DNA of 64,000 nt from assembly GCA_965226785.1 (NCBI GenBank), contig CBDDEC010000004.1, forward strand, positions 1,324,521-1,388,520, in the 5' to 3' direction. The notes beneath the pieces were generated by a model, which ran no database searches, had not been told where the DNA came from, and saw only the letters and a list, made by a program, of their open reading frames with translations. The stretch is from Dehalococcoidia bacterium. Lineage in GTDB: Bacteria; Chloroflexota; Dehalococcoidia; UBA2979. This document shows positions 36,410 through 46,318 of the stretch, piece by piece (positions within the stretch are counted from its first letter, which is position 1; each line of letters begins with the position of its first letter). A program made the translations under genes and the position numbers.

Positions 36410-36785
36410 GCTCTCGCCGCGCATCCTCTCGCTCAGGCAGCGCGAGGACCAGCTCGCCGCGGTGCGCGAAGACGCGGCGCGGCAGCTGGAGGAGCGCCGG
36501 GTGGAGTTGCCGACCTCGGATGAGATCCGGGCGTACGTGGCGGACTTCCGGGAGTTCCTGGAGAAGGGAACGTCCCCCGAGCGCAAGGCGCTGCTCCGTA
36601 ACTTCGTGCAGGGTATCGAGGTCTCGGGCGACGAGGCCGAGCTGACGTACACGATTCCCATGCCGGCCGGGGGCGTAACGCGCGAGCGGGCGGCGGTTCC
36701 TGATTTCGTCCAGTCCGGCCCCACCAGACTGGACAAAATCGAGAACCTTCGTCCTGAGGTTCCGTTTGGCGCTGTAGCCGCGTAG
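36410..36785 (+). pseudogene. C-terminal fragment of a serine recombinase (large serine recombinase coiled-coil/C-terminal region)
   Basis: ...LRQREDQLAAVREDAARQLEERRVELPTSDEIRAYVADFREFLEKGTSPERKALLRNFVQGIEVSGDEAELTYTIPMP. The 5' part is replaced by the IS-B end. Confidence 0.45.
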
Positions 36786-36841
36786 GGCGTCTTGTCGGCC
36801 CCGCGACTCGCCACACCGGGCCGGTCAGCGGGTGATCGGGC

Positions 36842-37240
36842 TCACGGGTGGCTCCCGAGCACGGCGAGGATGGCATCTCGGAGAGTTTCGGCCTCGACCC
36901 GCGCACCCTTCGCCCAACGCCGTCGCCGGTCGCCTCGCTTCGTCGAACATATGGACCACAGAGCGCGAAGAGTGTCGTCAAGGCTCCGCCCCTTGACGGT
37001 CTCGGCGAGGCGGTCGGCGCGGCGGAGTACGTAGCCATACTCCGCATACTCGGAGCCGTCGGCACAGTGCGAGACGCGGTGGCCGTCGCCCTCGCCGTCC
37101 TCCGCGCCGTGCAGGTGGAACAGGGTGGCGCACCTGTTCGGACAGAGGGTCGCCGCGAGGCCGCCGCCGCGCACCGTGAGGTACGGGGCCGTGCGCCCCT
37201 CGAAGGATCGTTCGTCTCCGCCCACGGCCGGGTCGGTCAC
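36842..37240 (-). CDS. Hypothetical protein (132 aa) with Cys/His cluster (CPNRC...HLHG...HC)
   Basis: GTG start preceded by AAGGAGGG RBS. No recognisable family. Confidence 0.4.
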   Translation of the reverse strand: MTDPAVGGDERSFEGRTAPYLTVRGGGLAATLCPNRCATLFHLHGAEDGEGDGHRVSHCADGSEYAEYGYVLRRADRLAETVKGRSLDDTLRALWSICSTKRGDRRRRWAKGARVEAETLRDAILAVLGSHP

Positions 37241-37289
37241 TGATGCCCTCCTTCGTTCTCAGCGTAGCGGGTGACCACTCACGTCGGTC

Positions 37290-37690
37290 GACGACGCGGC
37301 GTACCCAGCGTCGACCACGATATAGGATGTCGCAGGCGGCGCTCGCGGCAAGCAGCGCGTTCAGCTCGGCCAGGCTCTCCACGCGCGGGACCGGCACGAG
37401 GTGGCGGCGGCGGAAGCGGCCGACCTCGCCCCCCACGCCGCCCTTCTCGTGCGCGCCCCCGGCGCCGGGCTCGCAGAAGAACGCGTCGAAGCCGAAGTGC
37501 GAGTGCAGCGCGCTGAAGCGGTCGCTCTCGACACGGTCGCGCCCGGCGAGCACGCGCACCACGGCCGCCTTGAGGTTGTCGTAGCGGATCCGCCGCGGTA
37601 CCCCGCCGAGACGCTCGAAGGCGACCGTGTGGCCCTCGAAGAACGCCTCCTGGCCCTCGCCCGGGAAGCAGATAGGCATGAGGTCCGGTC
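37290..37690 (-). pseudogene. IS21-family IstA transposase internal fragment
   Basis: IRYDNLKAAVVRVLAGRDRVESDRFSALHSHFGFDAFFCEPGAGGAHEKGGVGGEVGRFRRRHLVPVP...SLAELNALL matches the conserved IstA core (YDNLKTAV...F..FA.HYGF....C.P....EKG.VE..V.Y.R..FL.P.P). Confidence 0.6.
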
Positions 37691-37749
37691 TCCTCCTCAC
37701 AGCGGATACGCGTCTCCGCCGGGAGCACGGCTCTCCACGATCTGCTCGC

Positions 37750-38208
37750 TCAGCGCCTGTCGGCGACGGCGCGGGCCGAGGGCGCCCGCTCTCCCCACTC
37801 GTAGTAGCCCGCTGTCGAGACCGCGAGCACCCGGCAGGCCACCGCCACGACGACCCCGTCGGCGGCAAGCTCACCGACCAGCCGGTATCTCCATTTTGGG
37901 AGGACGTTCTCGCGCGCGAAGAGGGCGGCGGCGCGCTTCAGAATCTCGTTCTCCATCTCCAGGGTGCGGTTGGCCCGGCGCAGCCGCACCAGCTCCGCCC
38001 GCTCGTCGCTCGTCAGGCCCTCTCTGTGGCCCTCGTCGACATCGGCCTGCCGCAGCCAGCGGTGCAGGCACGACCCGGCGATCCCCAGGTCCGCAGCGAT
38101 CCGCGCGATCGGTTTCTCCCGCAGCCGGGCCAGTTCGACAGCACGACGGCGGAACTCGGGTGGGTAGGCTCGGGACATCCAGGACTCCTCCCTGAGCGAC
38201 ATCGTCAC
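37750..38208 (-). pseudogene. Second IS3-family element remnant: OrfA plus first 50 aa of OrfB, truncated
   Basis: MSRAYPPEFRRRAVELARLREKPIARIAADLGIAGSCLHRWLRQ...LRRANRTLEMENEILKRAAALFARE, then ...YYEWGERAPSARA (orfB start) in the same frame. Abruptly replaced by the IS21 fragment. Confidence 0.65.
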
Positions 38209-38527
38209 CTCAGGCTAGGTGTCCGGGAAAGCGGGTCAGGCTCCTCTCATCTCCCAACCCCCAGCTGCCAACCCCGACTGCATCCTGCAACGGCCAACAG
38301 CGTTGTATTCCAGTCCGCGTCCCTGCATTCGCCGATCGGCGCGGGATGCTACCACGAGCGACGTACCACAGGGCTGTCGGGCGCCATTACCACCACGTGG
38401 GCTATGACCCCTGTCCGCTAGCGCGTAGATGGCGTCGAGCGAGACATTGCGCTCCCCTCGCTCGACGGACCCGACGTAGATCCGGTCGCTCGGTCGCTGT
38501 AGACTGCGGACGAAGTGTTCCAGAGAG

Positions 38528-38914
38528 GTGGTGGCTCCAATCATGGGAGGCACGGAACACAACGAGCTCACGCTGCGCGAGAGCTACGTGATCGAGGCCA
38601 GAGGCACCGAACCGCCCTTCAGCGGCGAGTACGATGACTTCTACGAAGCCGGCAGCTACGTGTGCCGCCGCTGCGACGCCCAGCTCTACCGCTCCGCGGA
38701 CAAGTTCGACGCTCGCTGCGGCTGGCCGGCCTTCGATGACGAAATCGCCGGCGCCGTGAAGCGTCTGCCTGACCCCAACGGCCAGGGCATCGAGATTGAG
38801 TGTGCGAGCTGCGGCGGCCACCTCGGCCACGTGTTCCTGGGCGAGAGGCTCACAGCGAAGGACACGCGTCACTGCGTCAACTCGCTGTCGATGAAGTTCG
38901 TCCCGTCGAAGTAG
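38528..38914 (+). CDS. msrB: Peptide-methionine (R)-S-oxide reductase MsrB
   Basis: SelR/MsrB fold with two CxxC zinc motifs (CRRCDAQL...CASCGGHLGHVF) and catalytic RHCVNS region. 128 aa. Confidence 0.9.
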   Translation: MVAPIMGGTEHNELTLRESYVIEARGTEPPFSGEYDDFYEAGSYVCRRCDAQLYRSADKFDARCGWPAFDDEIAGAVKRLPDPNGQGIEIECASCGGHLGHVFLGERLTAKDTRHCVNSLSMKFVPSK

Positions 38915-38979
38915 CCCGAACCGGCGGAGCTAGCAGCATTGAGCCGAGCGACGGGGCTCAGTTCCGCGTGGGCTCGAAC

Positions 38980-39927
38980 GGCAGTGTCAGATCTCAGGGC
39001 GCGTCGACCCTTAGGCGCCACAAGGCGACGTCGCTGGTGGTCTATGCTGCAGCCAGTTCGCTGATCAGCGAGTGCCAGCGTGTGAGGAAGAGCCGTCGCT
39101 GCTCTGTCAACGCGACATGGGCGCCACCGCGGCGGCGGACGCGGAAGTACTGTCGCAGCTCATCGAACGCGCTACAGAAGCGCGACGCGGACTCGAAGCT
39201 CCCGAAGCCCTGCATCGGGTAGTAGCGCTGCTTCACCGCTCGGTGACTCTGCTCGGTGTAGTTGTTGAGGTACTGCGTCGTGCGATGCCAAGCCTTGCGG
39301 CCGATGATCCAGCGGATCGCCCGTCGGTAAGCGGGGTGCAGGTCGGTCGTGATCCGTGCGGGCTTGCGTTCGGTGATCTCGACCAGTCTCCGCAAGAACC
39401 TCCGCGCGGCATGCTTGTCTCGACGCTCGCTCAGCATCGAATCGATCAGTTCTCCGTCGCCGTCGATCGCTCGGTAGAGGTAGCACCAGCGCCCAGCGAC
39501 CTTCACGTACGTCTCGTCGAGGTACCAGGACTCGCCGGCTCGGGCTCGTCGCTTGGCGCGGAGCTGGCCGGCGAGCAGTGGGGCGAATCGAAACTCCCAC
39601 TCCCGGATGGTCTCGTGCGTGACCTCAACACCGCGCTGGAGGAGCATCTCTGCCACGTCACGGAAACTCAGCTTGTAGCGCAGACGCCACAGCACCGCGA
39701 GGAGCACCACGTCGGTCGGGACCTGAAGATGGTTGAACGGCGTGCCGGTTCGCTCGTTGAAGCGACGCTTGCACGAGCGGCAGTTGAACCGCCGGTAGCC
39801 GAGCGTCGTGCGCGCCTGGCGTCTGGTCGTGGCGGCGGATGCACAGTGCGGACAGTTCACCGATGTCTCCTCGTCCATGCTCAGACGAGGCTAAACCTCA
39901 CAGTTCGAGCCCTCAGATCTGACGCAG
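38980..39927 (-). mobile_element. IS6-family insertion sequence, copy 2 (identical to copy 1, same orientation)
   Basis: Identical sequence and IRs. No flanking direct repeat. Confidence 0.85.
39042..39878 (-). CDS. IS6-family transposase
   Basis: 278 aa, identical to 31717-32553. Confidence 0.85.
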   Translation of the reverse strand: MDEETSVNCPHCASAATTRRQARTTLGYRRFNCRSCKRRFNERTGTPFNHLQVPTDVVLLAVLWRLRYKLSFRDVAEMLLQRGVEVTHETIREWEFRFAPLLAGQLRAKRRARAGESWYLDETYVKVAGRWCYLYRAIDGDGELIDSMLSERRDKHAARRFLRRLVEITERKPARITTDLHPAYRRAIRWIIGRKAWHRTTQYLNNYTEQSHRAVKQRYYPMQGFGSFESASRFCSAFDELRQYFRVRRRGGAHVALTEQRRLFLTRWHSLISELAAA

Positions 39928-40294
39928 CCCTCCGCGCCCGCCTGTACGTCGACGATGCACACAACGCACGCTGCATGCAGGGCTGCCTCTCGTGCGTGTT
40001 GAGCTACGAGGCGCAGCACTTGGTCGAAGTCGGCCTCGATCGCCCGCGCGGGCTCGCGCTCCTCGACGCGTCCCTCGCGGGAGACTCCGTCACCGCGCCC
40101 GAGATCAGCCCCGCGCCAGCTGATGGAACCCCGACACCGCAGCGCGATGCAGAGGAACGTTTCGCCCGCGCTGCGGTGCGCAGACGCGAGCGATCCAGGA
40201 GGCGGGGATCCACAAGGGGCTGAAACCGGAAGGACCGCGAAGTTCGTCCGGGAGGCATACCCTGGCGGGCGAGACGCTTCACCCATGGAGGTGG

Positions 40295-40510
40295 TTGGTG
40301 ACTAGTTTCCTTTCGAAGCTGCTTGGCCGGGCAGAGGATGTGGTTTCGCCGGAGTCCACCGGACTAGAGCTGCTGACTCCCGAGCCACGTAGGAAGTCTG
40401 CGCGGCGGGAGCCACCGGCACAACTCGATTGGTCGCGCGCAGAGTACATCCCAATGCCGCCTTCCCCACCGACCTGGGAGATGGACGGTCGTGACGACTT
40501 TCCCAGCTAG
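40295..40510 (+). CDS. Hypothetical small protein (71 aa)
   Basis: GGAGGTGG RBS immediately upstream. No homology recognised. Low confidence. Confidence 0.25.
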   Translation: MVTSFLSKLLGRAEDVVSPESTGLELLTPEPRRKSARREPPAQLDWSRAEYIPMPPSPPTWEMDGRDDFPS

Positions 40511-40544
40511 TCCATACTCAGTGCAGCGAGGGGGAGGACCTGCC

Positions 40545-41801
40545 GTGCCAGAACCACTTGAAGGCATCAGAGTCGTGGAAGTGGCCCGGGCGCTCCAGGG
40601 ACCGGTCGCCGGGCAGTACCTCGCGGACATGGGCGCGGGCGTGATCAAGGTCGAGCCGGCGCTCGGTGACCCGAATCGTCGCTTCCGCATCGTGGGCGCG
40701 GAGGACGCCGAGAGCGGATTCGGCACCCAGTTCGTGAGCGCGAATCGGGGGAAACGCTCACTCTGGCTGGACCTGCGCGACGAGGCATCGCTGGAGGTCG
40801 TGCGCCAGCTCGTCGATCGCGCCGACGTCTTCCTCAGCAACTACCTGGAGCCCTCGCTCATCGCGATGGGCCTCGGCTACGAGCAGTTGCGCGCACGGAA
40901 CGAGGAGCTCGTGTACGCGCTAGTCAACGGCTACGGTCCGCTCGGCCCCGACGCCGCGAAGCGCATGCTCGACGGCGCCGCCGCCGCCCGCGGCGGGCTT
41001 TACAGCGTCACCGGGCCACGCGACGGTGCCCCAATGATGCCCGGCTCTGTGATCGCCGACCTTGCGGGCGCGATGCAGCTCGCCCTCGGCATCACGACCG
41101 CGCTCGCTGCGCGGGAGCTGCACGGCGGAAGCCAGCGCGTCGACACGTCGGGGCTCGGTGCGCAGCTGTTTCTGCAGGCGTACGAGATCGACTCGGTGTC
41201 GCTCAGCGGCGACCTACTGACGCGAGCGGGGGCGCATAACGCGAACATCCACGGCACGTACGGCCTCTACGAGACCACCGACGGCGCGGTCATGATTGCG
41301 TTCCTCTCGGACGAGCCGACGTGGATCGCGTTCTGCGAGTTCGCCGGCCTCGAGGAGCTGCTGTACGACGAGCGCTTCGACACCGCTGACAAGCGCGGCG
41401 GGCGAGCGTCCGATGATCCGCAGGGCGCGAGGGCGAACGAGATCCGCCCTTACCTGCAGCGGGCGTTCCGGGCGAAGACCACGGCCCAATGGACGAAGTT
41501 CCTCGCCGGCCATCCGCGGCTCGTCTGGGACGTCGTGCAGGACTACAGGCAGGTTCTCTCCGACGAACAGGCGCTCGCGAACGGCTACTTCATCGAGCAG
41601 GAAATCCCGACCTTCGGCAAGCGCCGGCTCGTGGGCAACACGGTGCGCGTCAACGGCGAGATGGCGCCGCAGAAGCCGGCGCCGCCATCGCTGGGGCAAC
41701 ACAACGAAGAGATCCTGTCCTCGCTCGGGTACGATCCGGCCGCGATCGACGAAATCACCGCCGCCGCTCGTGCCGCGGCGGTGCGGCGGCTGAGCGGCTG
41801 A
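40545..41801 (+). CDS. CoA-transferase family III (CaiB/BaiF/alpha-methylacyl-CoA racemase-like)
   Basis: N-terminus VPEPLEGIRVVEVARALQGPVAGQYLADMGAGVIKVEP. GTG start at 40545 with GGGGGAGGA RBS. 418 aa. Confidence 0.8.
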   Translation: MPEPLEGIRVVEVARALQGPVAGQYLADMGAGVIKVEPALGDPNRRFRIVGAEDAESGFGTQFVSANRGKRSLWLDLRDEASLEVVRQLVDRADVFLSNYLEPSLIAMGLGYEQLRARNEELVYALVNGYGPLGPDAAKRMLDGAAAARGGLYSVTGPRDGAPMMPGSVIADLAGAMQLALGITTALAARELHGGSQRVDTSGLGAQLFLQAYEIDSVSLSGDLLTRAGAHNANIHGTYGLYETTDGAVMIAFLSDEPTWIAFCEFAGLEELLYDERFDTADKRGGRASDDPQGARANEIRPYLQRAFRAKTTAQWTKFLAGHPRLVWDVVQDYRQVLSDEQALANGYFIEQEIPTFGKRRLVGNTVRVNGEMAPQKPAPPSLGQHNEEILSSLGYDPAAIDEITAAARAAAVRRLSG

Positions 41802-42397
41802 CGGCTGAGCAGCTGACTCGGGCTCCGTCAGAACTCAGACCACCGATCCGCTGCTAGCGTCGGAGTGAACGACGACGCTGGGGAGGATTGCCTGTGATGT
41901 GCCCGCGCTGCAGCTCGAGTGAGACTAGTTCGCGCAGCCGACGCACCTCGACGCCGTCGACGAAGAGCTGGGTGCTGCGCCAGCCGGCGACCAGGCCGAG
42001 CAGGCGGTCCAGCGTCGGCAGCCGATCGGAGTGGACCGGCACCAGGTGCCGGCGCACGCCGTGCGCCTCGGTGAGGCGGGAGCCGGGGACCGACGCGGCC
42101 AGCGCCTCGGCCGCGGCGTAGCGTCGAGACGACGACTTGGCGAAGGCGATCACGTAGCGAGATCTGCGCTCGTCCATCGCTGAGCATGGACGCTCGACGC
42201 TCCCACCAAGTCAAGTCGTACCGACCGGCGACCAGCGGGACTCGTGATGGGGTGCGGGCGATTGAGAACATGTGTGCTACACTCGCGCCGATGCAAGTAA
42301 CTACTCCTGGTGATCAGCCTGGGCAAGCCCATTCCGAGAGCGGAAACTCGTCCCGTGGTGGGCTTCTCGAACAGCAGGCCGCCGCGCTGCGAGGCCC

Positions 42398-43463
42398 GTG
42401 GGACGGCAAAACCTCATGCGGCCCACCGATACTCATGATGCAAACCTCCCAGCACCGGCTTGCGTCCCTCCGGAGAGTCTAGCGCCAATAACCGATGCGG
42501 CCGCATCGCGTTGTAGTGCTGGACGTACTCACCAAGCACCCGCCTCCGATGCCGTTCGTTGACGGCGATGACGTGATCGAGGCACTCGCGCCGGAGCGTC
42601 CCGATCACCCGCTCGGCGATGGCGTTGGCGTTCGGCGCGCGCACCGGAGTCAGAATTGTCTCGATCCCGATCCGTCGAGCGCGTGCGATGAAGTGCTCGC
42701 CATAGCTACGGTCGCGGTCTCGGATCAGGAACTGAGGCCGCTCACCCCACACCGTCGCCTCGATCATCTGCCTCCAGATCCAGGGCGCGATCGGGTGCTC
42801 CGTGACGTTCCAGTGCCGGATGCGGCGCCGGCCGTGGTCGATCACGACGAACACGGAGAGCGTGCGGAAGGTGAGGGTCTGCACCGTGCACAGGTCAGCA
42901 GCCCAGATGTTGGACGCGTGGTTGCGCAGAAACGTGCGCCACGACTGACTCGGCGGTCGCCGCAGCGCCTGCCGGCGGTAGCGGCTCACGGTGCGAGCGC
43001 TCACCTCGAAGCCAAGCGCACGCAGCTCACGGCGCCCCACCGTGGATGCTCAGTGGCGATGCGGACGATCAGCTGTCGCAGCTCTGCGGGAATCCGGGGT
43101 CGTCCGGAGCGGCGACGACTCTTCCAGCGCCAGTAGGTGCGCCAAGCAGAACGATGCCAGCGCACCACCGTGTCCGGCTCGACCATCACGAGCGTGCCTC
43201 GCCAGCCGGACCAACCACGTGCCAGCAGTGACCAGAGTCGGCGGTCGTGGCGACGGAGCCGCGGTCGACGACGGCCCCTTGTGTAGACGGCGAGCTGATG
43301 CCGCAGCGCCAAGTGCTCGAGGACGAGATCTCGGCGGGCGCGGACCGATGCGAAGAGTGCTGCGACAAGCAGACGGAGGTAGAGCACAGACGAGCCTCTC
43401 GTGGCTCGCCGATACTCTGCTATCTCAGGACAGAGCTGCACCTATCAGGTTTTGCCGTCCCAC
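42398..43463 (-). mobile_element. IS-B (IS481-like) copy, transposase frameshifted (pseudogene)
   Basis: Pieces 43001-43441 and 42414-43040. Frameshift near 43030. An orphan 30-bp inverted-terminus fragment (catgaggttttgccgccccacgg) follows at 43464-43495. Confidence 0.8.
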
Positions 43464-43709
43464 GGCAGGTCGCATGAGGTTTTGCCGCCCCACGGCCATC
43501 TGTGTGTCGGGCCGACGTGAGGCGGGCCTCGAACCTAGCGCGGATTGACATGATCCGAACTCATGTACTAAACAGGGGTCATGAATAGATATCACGTTGA
43601 AACGGTGACCCAGGTCAGGGTTTCAGTGTGATCCTGAGACGAACGGACGTGGTTGCAGTGGCTCTGCCGGCCATGGACCACTTCTGCGAGCAGAGGTACG
43701 CGGCATGAG

Positions 43710-43862
43710 TCAGAGGGTTGGAAAGACCTGGCCCAGCCGGCGGTCGCAAGTTGGACAGAATAGCGCAACGCTGTACCGATCGCCGGTCCCTGCGATTGGG
43801 TGACGCTCCTCGCTGCATGTGACATCGCGTCCGCACTGTCGGCAGTAGCGCTCGTACGCCAT
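43710..43862 (-). CDS. Zinc-ribbon small protein (50 aa, CxxC-N22-CxxC), not in the ORF track
   Basis: MAYERYCRQCGRDVTCSEERHPIAGTGDRYSVALFCPTCDRRLGQVFPTL. GGAG sits 9 nt upstream of the ATG. Lies in a lower-GC patch. Confidence 0.4.
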   Translation of the reverse strand: MAYERYCRQCGRDVTCSEERHPIAGTGDRYSVALFCPTCDRRLGQVFPTL

Positions 43863-44011
43863 AACCATGCTCCGTTCTCGTACTCACCGTACATCAGGCG
43901 GTGACGGCTCAGGTGAGTCTTGCCTCATGCGAGGCGCTCGAGTATCGCTGGCAACCCGGTGGGTCGCCCTATAGGCCAGGGCGGCCTGTGGGGCCGTAAT
44001 ACTCCGTCGGC

Positions 44012-44482
44012 GCCACCAAGCTAGCCCTGCGTGAGCTGGCTCGGCGGGTGCAGCGCCTCGAGGCAAAGTGTCGCCGCCTCGACGCCGTGCTCGAGCAGCT
44101 GGTCGCCACCACCGCGCCCGCCCTCGTCGCCTGCTTCGGCGTGGGCACCGACACGGCCGGCGCTCTGCTCGTCTCCGCCGGCGACAACCCGCAACGCCTC
44201 CGCAGCGAGGCGGCATTCGCCCATCACTGCGGCGTCGCCCCGATCGACGCCTCGTCGGGGCTGACCATCCGCAAACGACTCAACCGCGGTGGCGACCACA
44301 CCGCGAATCAAGCGCTCTGGCGAATCGTCATGGTCCGCATGGTCCACGACCCCCGCACCCGCCGCTACGTCGAGCGGCGCACGCGCGAGGGCCGTTCCAA
44401 GCGCGAGATCATCCGCTCGCTCAAGCGCTACGTCGCACGGCAGCTCTATCGCCACCTCCCGCGACCCGAGTCGCTCGCTTGA
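44012..44482 (+). pseudogene. IS110-family transposase, C-terminal fragment
   Basis: FGVGTDTAGALLVSAGDNPQRLRSEAAFAHHCGVAPIDASSGLTIRKRLNRGGDHTANQALWRIVMVRMVHDPRTRRYVERRTREGRSKREIIRSLKRYVARQLYRHL is the canonical IS110/IS116/IS902 C-terminal domain. No N-terminal DEDD domain. Confidence 0.75.
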
Positions 44483-44483
44483 C

Positions 44484-44719
44484 AGGCGATAGGAGCATCA
44501 GAACCCAGCGCGCCGCACCCAGATGCGCAGCGTCTCTGGCGTCATCCCGAACTTCGAGGCGATCGAGGTGATCGCCGCCCACTGCGAAGTGTGCTCGGCC
44601 TCGTGCTCGAGCACCATGCGGACGGCCCGCTCGCGCATCTCTGCTGGGTACCTGCCTGGTCGTGTCATCGCTCCATCCTTTCAAAGGGTGGAGCCTCCAA
44701 CTTTCCCGGGGCGGTTCAC
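44484..44719 (-). pseudogene. Diverged IS3-family left end: IR + OrfA N-terminal 56 aa, truncated
   Basis: cccggggcggttca IR at 44706-44719. Minus frame reads MTRPGRYPAEMRERAVRMVLEHEAEHTSQWAAITSIASKFGMTPETLRIWVRRAGF*, about 85% identical to OrfA of the main IS3. Abuts the IS110 fragment. Confidence 0.7.
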
Positions 44720-44749
44720 ACAGGTATATAATTCCCATACATTGACGGC

Positions 44750-46051
44750 GTGAAGATGTTCTCTCAAGGCGAAGTTAGCGGCGCGCTCAGGTCTCGGCGG
44801 CAGAGTCTGCGGCAGCTGCGTTGGCTCGCCCCGCTGACAGTGCTCGTGCTGGGGGTCGTCTCCTGTGGCGGACAGGATTTCGAAGCGGGCCCCCTCGGCG
44901 CCGTGGAGGTGGCCCCCGGCGAGGCCATTCAGATCCGTTCGATGCAGGTCCTTACAGGACTTGGTGACCTAGGCATCCCAAGCCAGCGCGGCGTGGAGCT
45001 GGCGTTGGCGGACTATGGCCTTATCAAAGGGCACGCTGTCTCGATGGGCGCCGGGCTCGACTCTCTCTGCACCGAGGAAGGGGGCCGAGCCGCCGCCGAC
45101 ACGGTAACTGGCGACCCCCGAGTCGTCGCCGCCATTGGCACGAGCTGCTCGGTCGCCGCCGCCGCCGCTTCACCGATCCTGAGCGAGGCCGGTCTGGTGA
45201 TGCTCTCCCCCCTCAACACGAGTCCCTCACTGACCTCCGACCTCCGCGGCAATGCCGGTTCCAACTACTATCCTGGCTACTACCGGACGACCAGCAACGA
45301 CATCTACGAGGCGCAGGCGGTCGCTCAGTTCGCATACAACGAACTCCGCCTACGTAGGATGGCCGCCATCCACGACGGCGACCCGTACACCTCTGGCCTC
45401 ACCGACGCCTTCACCGCCGCGTTCGAGGGGCTCGGCGGATCGGTCGCCGTCGCCTCTGTCAGCAGGGGTGACACGAATATGACCTCCGTCCTCACTCAAA
45501 TTGCGGCGGACGGTCCGGACGGCCTCTTCTTTCCGCTCTTCCAAAAAGAAGGCGCCCACATCGTCCGGCAGGTCGGCCAGATCGCTGGACTTGAGGACGC
45601 GACGCTGATCGGCGGCGCAGCCCTGCTGGCCCCCGAGTTCCTCGCCATTCCCGAGTCGGAAGGCATCTACCTTCCAGGTCCGGACTCGAACTTCGACGGC
45701 AACACCAACGAGGTGACCGGTAAGAGCAGCGAGGCGCTCATCGCCGAATATCAAGAGCGGTATGCCGAGGCGCCCACATCCGTCTACTTGGCCCACGCCT
45801 ACGACGCCGCCACGCTGCTCCTCCGGGCCATCGAGGAGGTCGCGGTTGGTAACGGAGATACGCTTTACATCGATCGGGCCAAGCTCCGGGAAGCGCTGAC
45901 CAGCGTCACTGGCTTCAGTGGCATCATCGGGGTCATCTCCTGTGACGAGTTCGGCGATTGCGGCGTCGGCAGGGTTCAGATATCGCACCACACCGATTCC
46001 AGCGTCACCGACATCGCGGCACTCCCCGTCGTCTACCGCTTCGCCCCCTGA
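44750..46051 (+). CDS. ABC transporter substrate-binding lipoprotein (type I periplasmic-binding fold, branched-chain amino acid/Liv-like)
   Basis: Signal peptide with lipobox VSCGG. 433 aa with PBP1-type pattern. Confidence 0.65.
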   Translation: MKMFSQGEVSGALRSRRQSLRQLRWLAPLTVLVLGVVSCGGQDFEAGPLGAVEVAPGEAIQIRSMQVLTGLGDLGIPSQRGVELALADYGLIKGHAVSMGAGLDSLCTEEGGRAAADTVTGDPRVVAAIGTSCSVAAAAASPILSEAGLVMLSPLNTSPSLTSDLRGNAGSNYYPGYYRTTSNDIYEAQAVAQFAYNELRLRRMAAIHDGDPYTSGLTDAFTAAFEGLGGSVAVASVSRGDTNMTSVLTQIAADGPDGLFFPLFQKEGAHIVRQVGQIAGLEDATLIGGAALLAPEFLAIPESEGIYLPGPDSNFDGNTNEVTGKSSEALIAEYQERYAEAPTSVYLAHAYDAATLLLRAIEEVAVGNGDTLYIDRAKLREALTSVTGFSGIIGVISCDEFGDCGVGRVQISHHTDSSVTDIAALPVVYRFAP

Positions 46052-46318
46052 CCGCCAAACCCGCGCCGACGCGGCGAGAGCGCGGCAGTCGGTCCAAACG
46101 CTTCTGAGCGCATCAGAGGGACGCGGCGCCGATGGGCCGCCCCGAGCAAGCGCGGGCTCTGATGCTCCTATCGCCTGTCAGAAGTCAGGGCTCGCTGGCC
46201 TCGGCGAGCCGCATCCGCGGAATGGTGAGGGGACGCTGCTGGCGTGTCCAGACTGTACAGCCACGGCCACGACGAAGCGGAAGGGGCGCACCGCGTTCGG
46301 CTAGCGGGTCAGGCTCCC

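Noticed and set aside
38236-38571. 111-aa minus ORF containing an XRE-like half-motif (IYVGSVERGERNVSLDAIYALA)
   Set aside because: Only the second helix of an HTH is present, and the ORF overlaps the start of msrB. Probably a relic of a truncated regulator.
41854-42177. 107-aa minus ORF with a vaguely DUF559-like tail (LDRLLGLVAGW...FVDGVEV)
   Set aside because: The motif order does not fit the DUF559 topology, there is no RBS, and an alternative overlapping frame exists.
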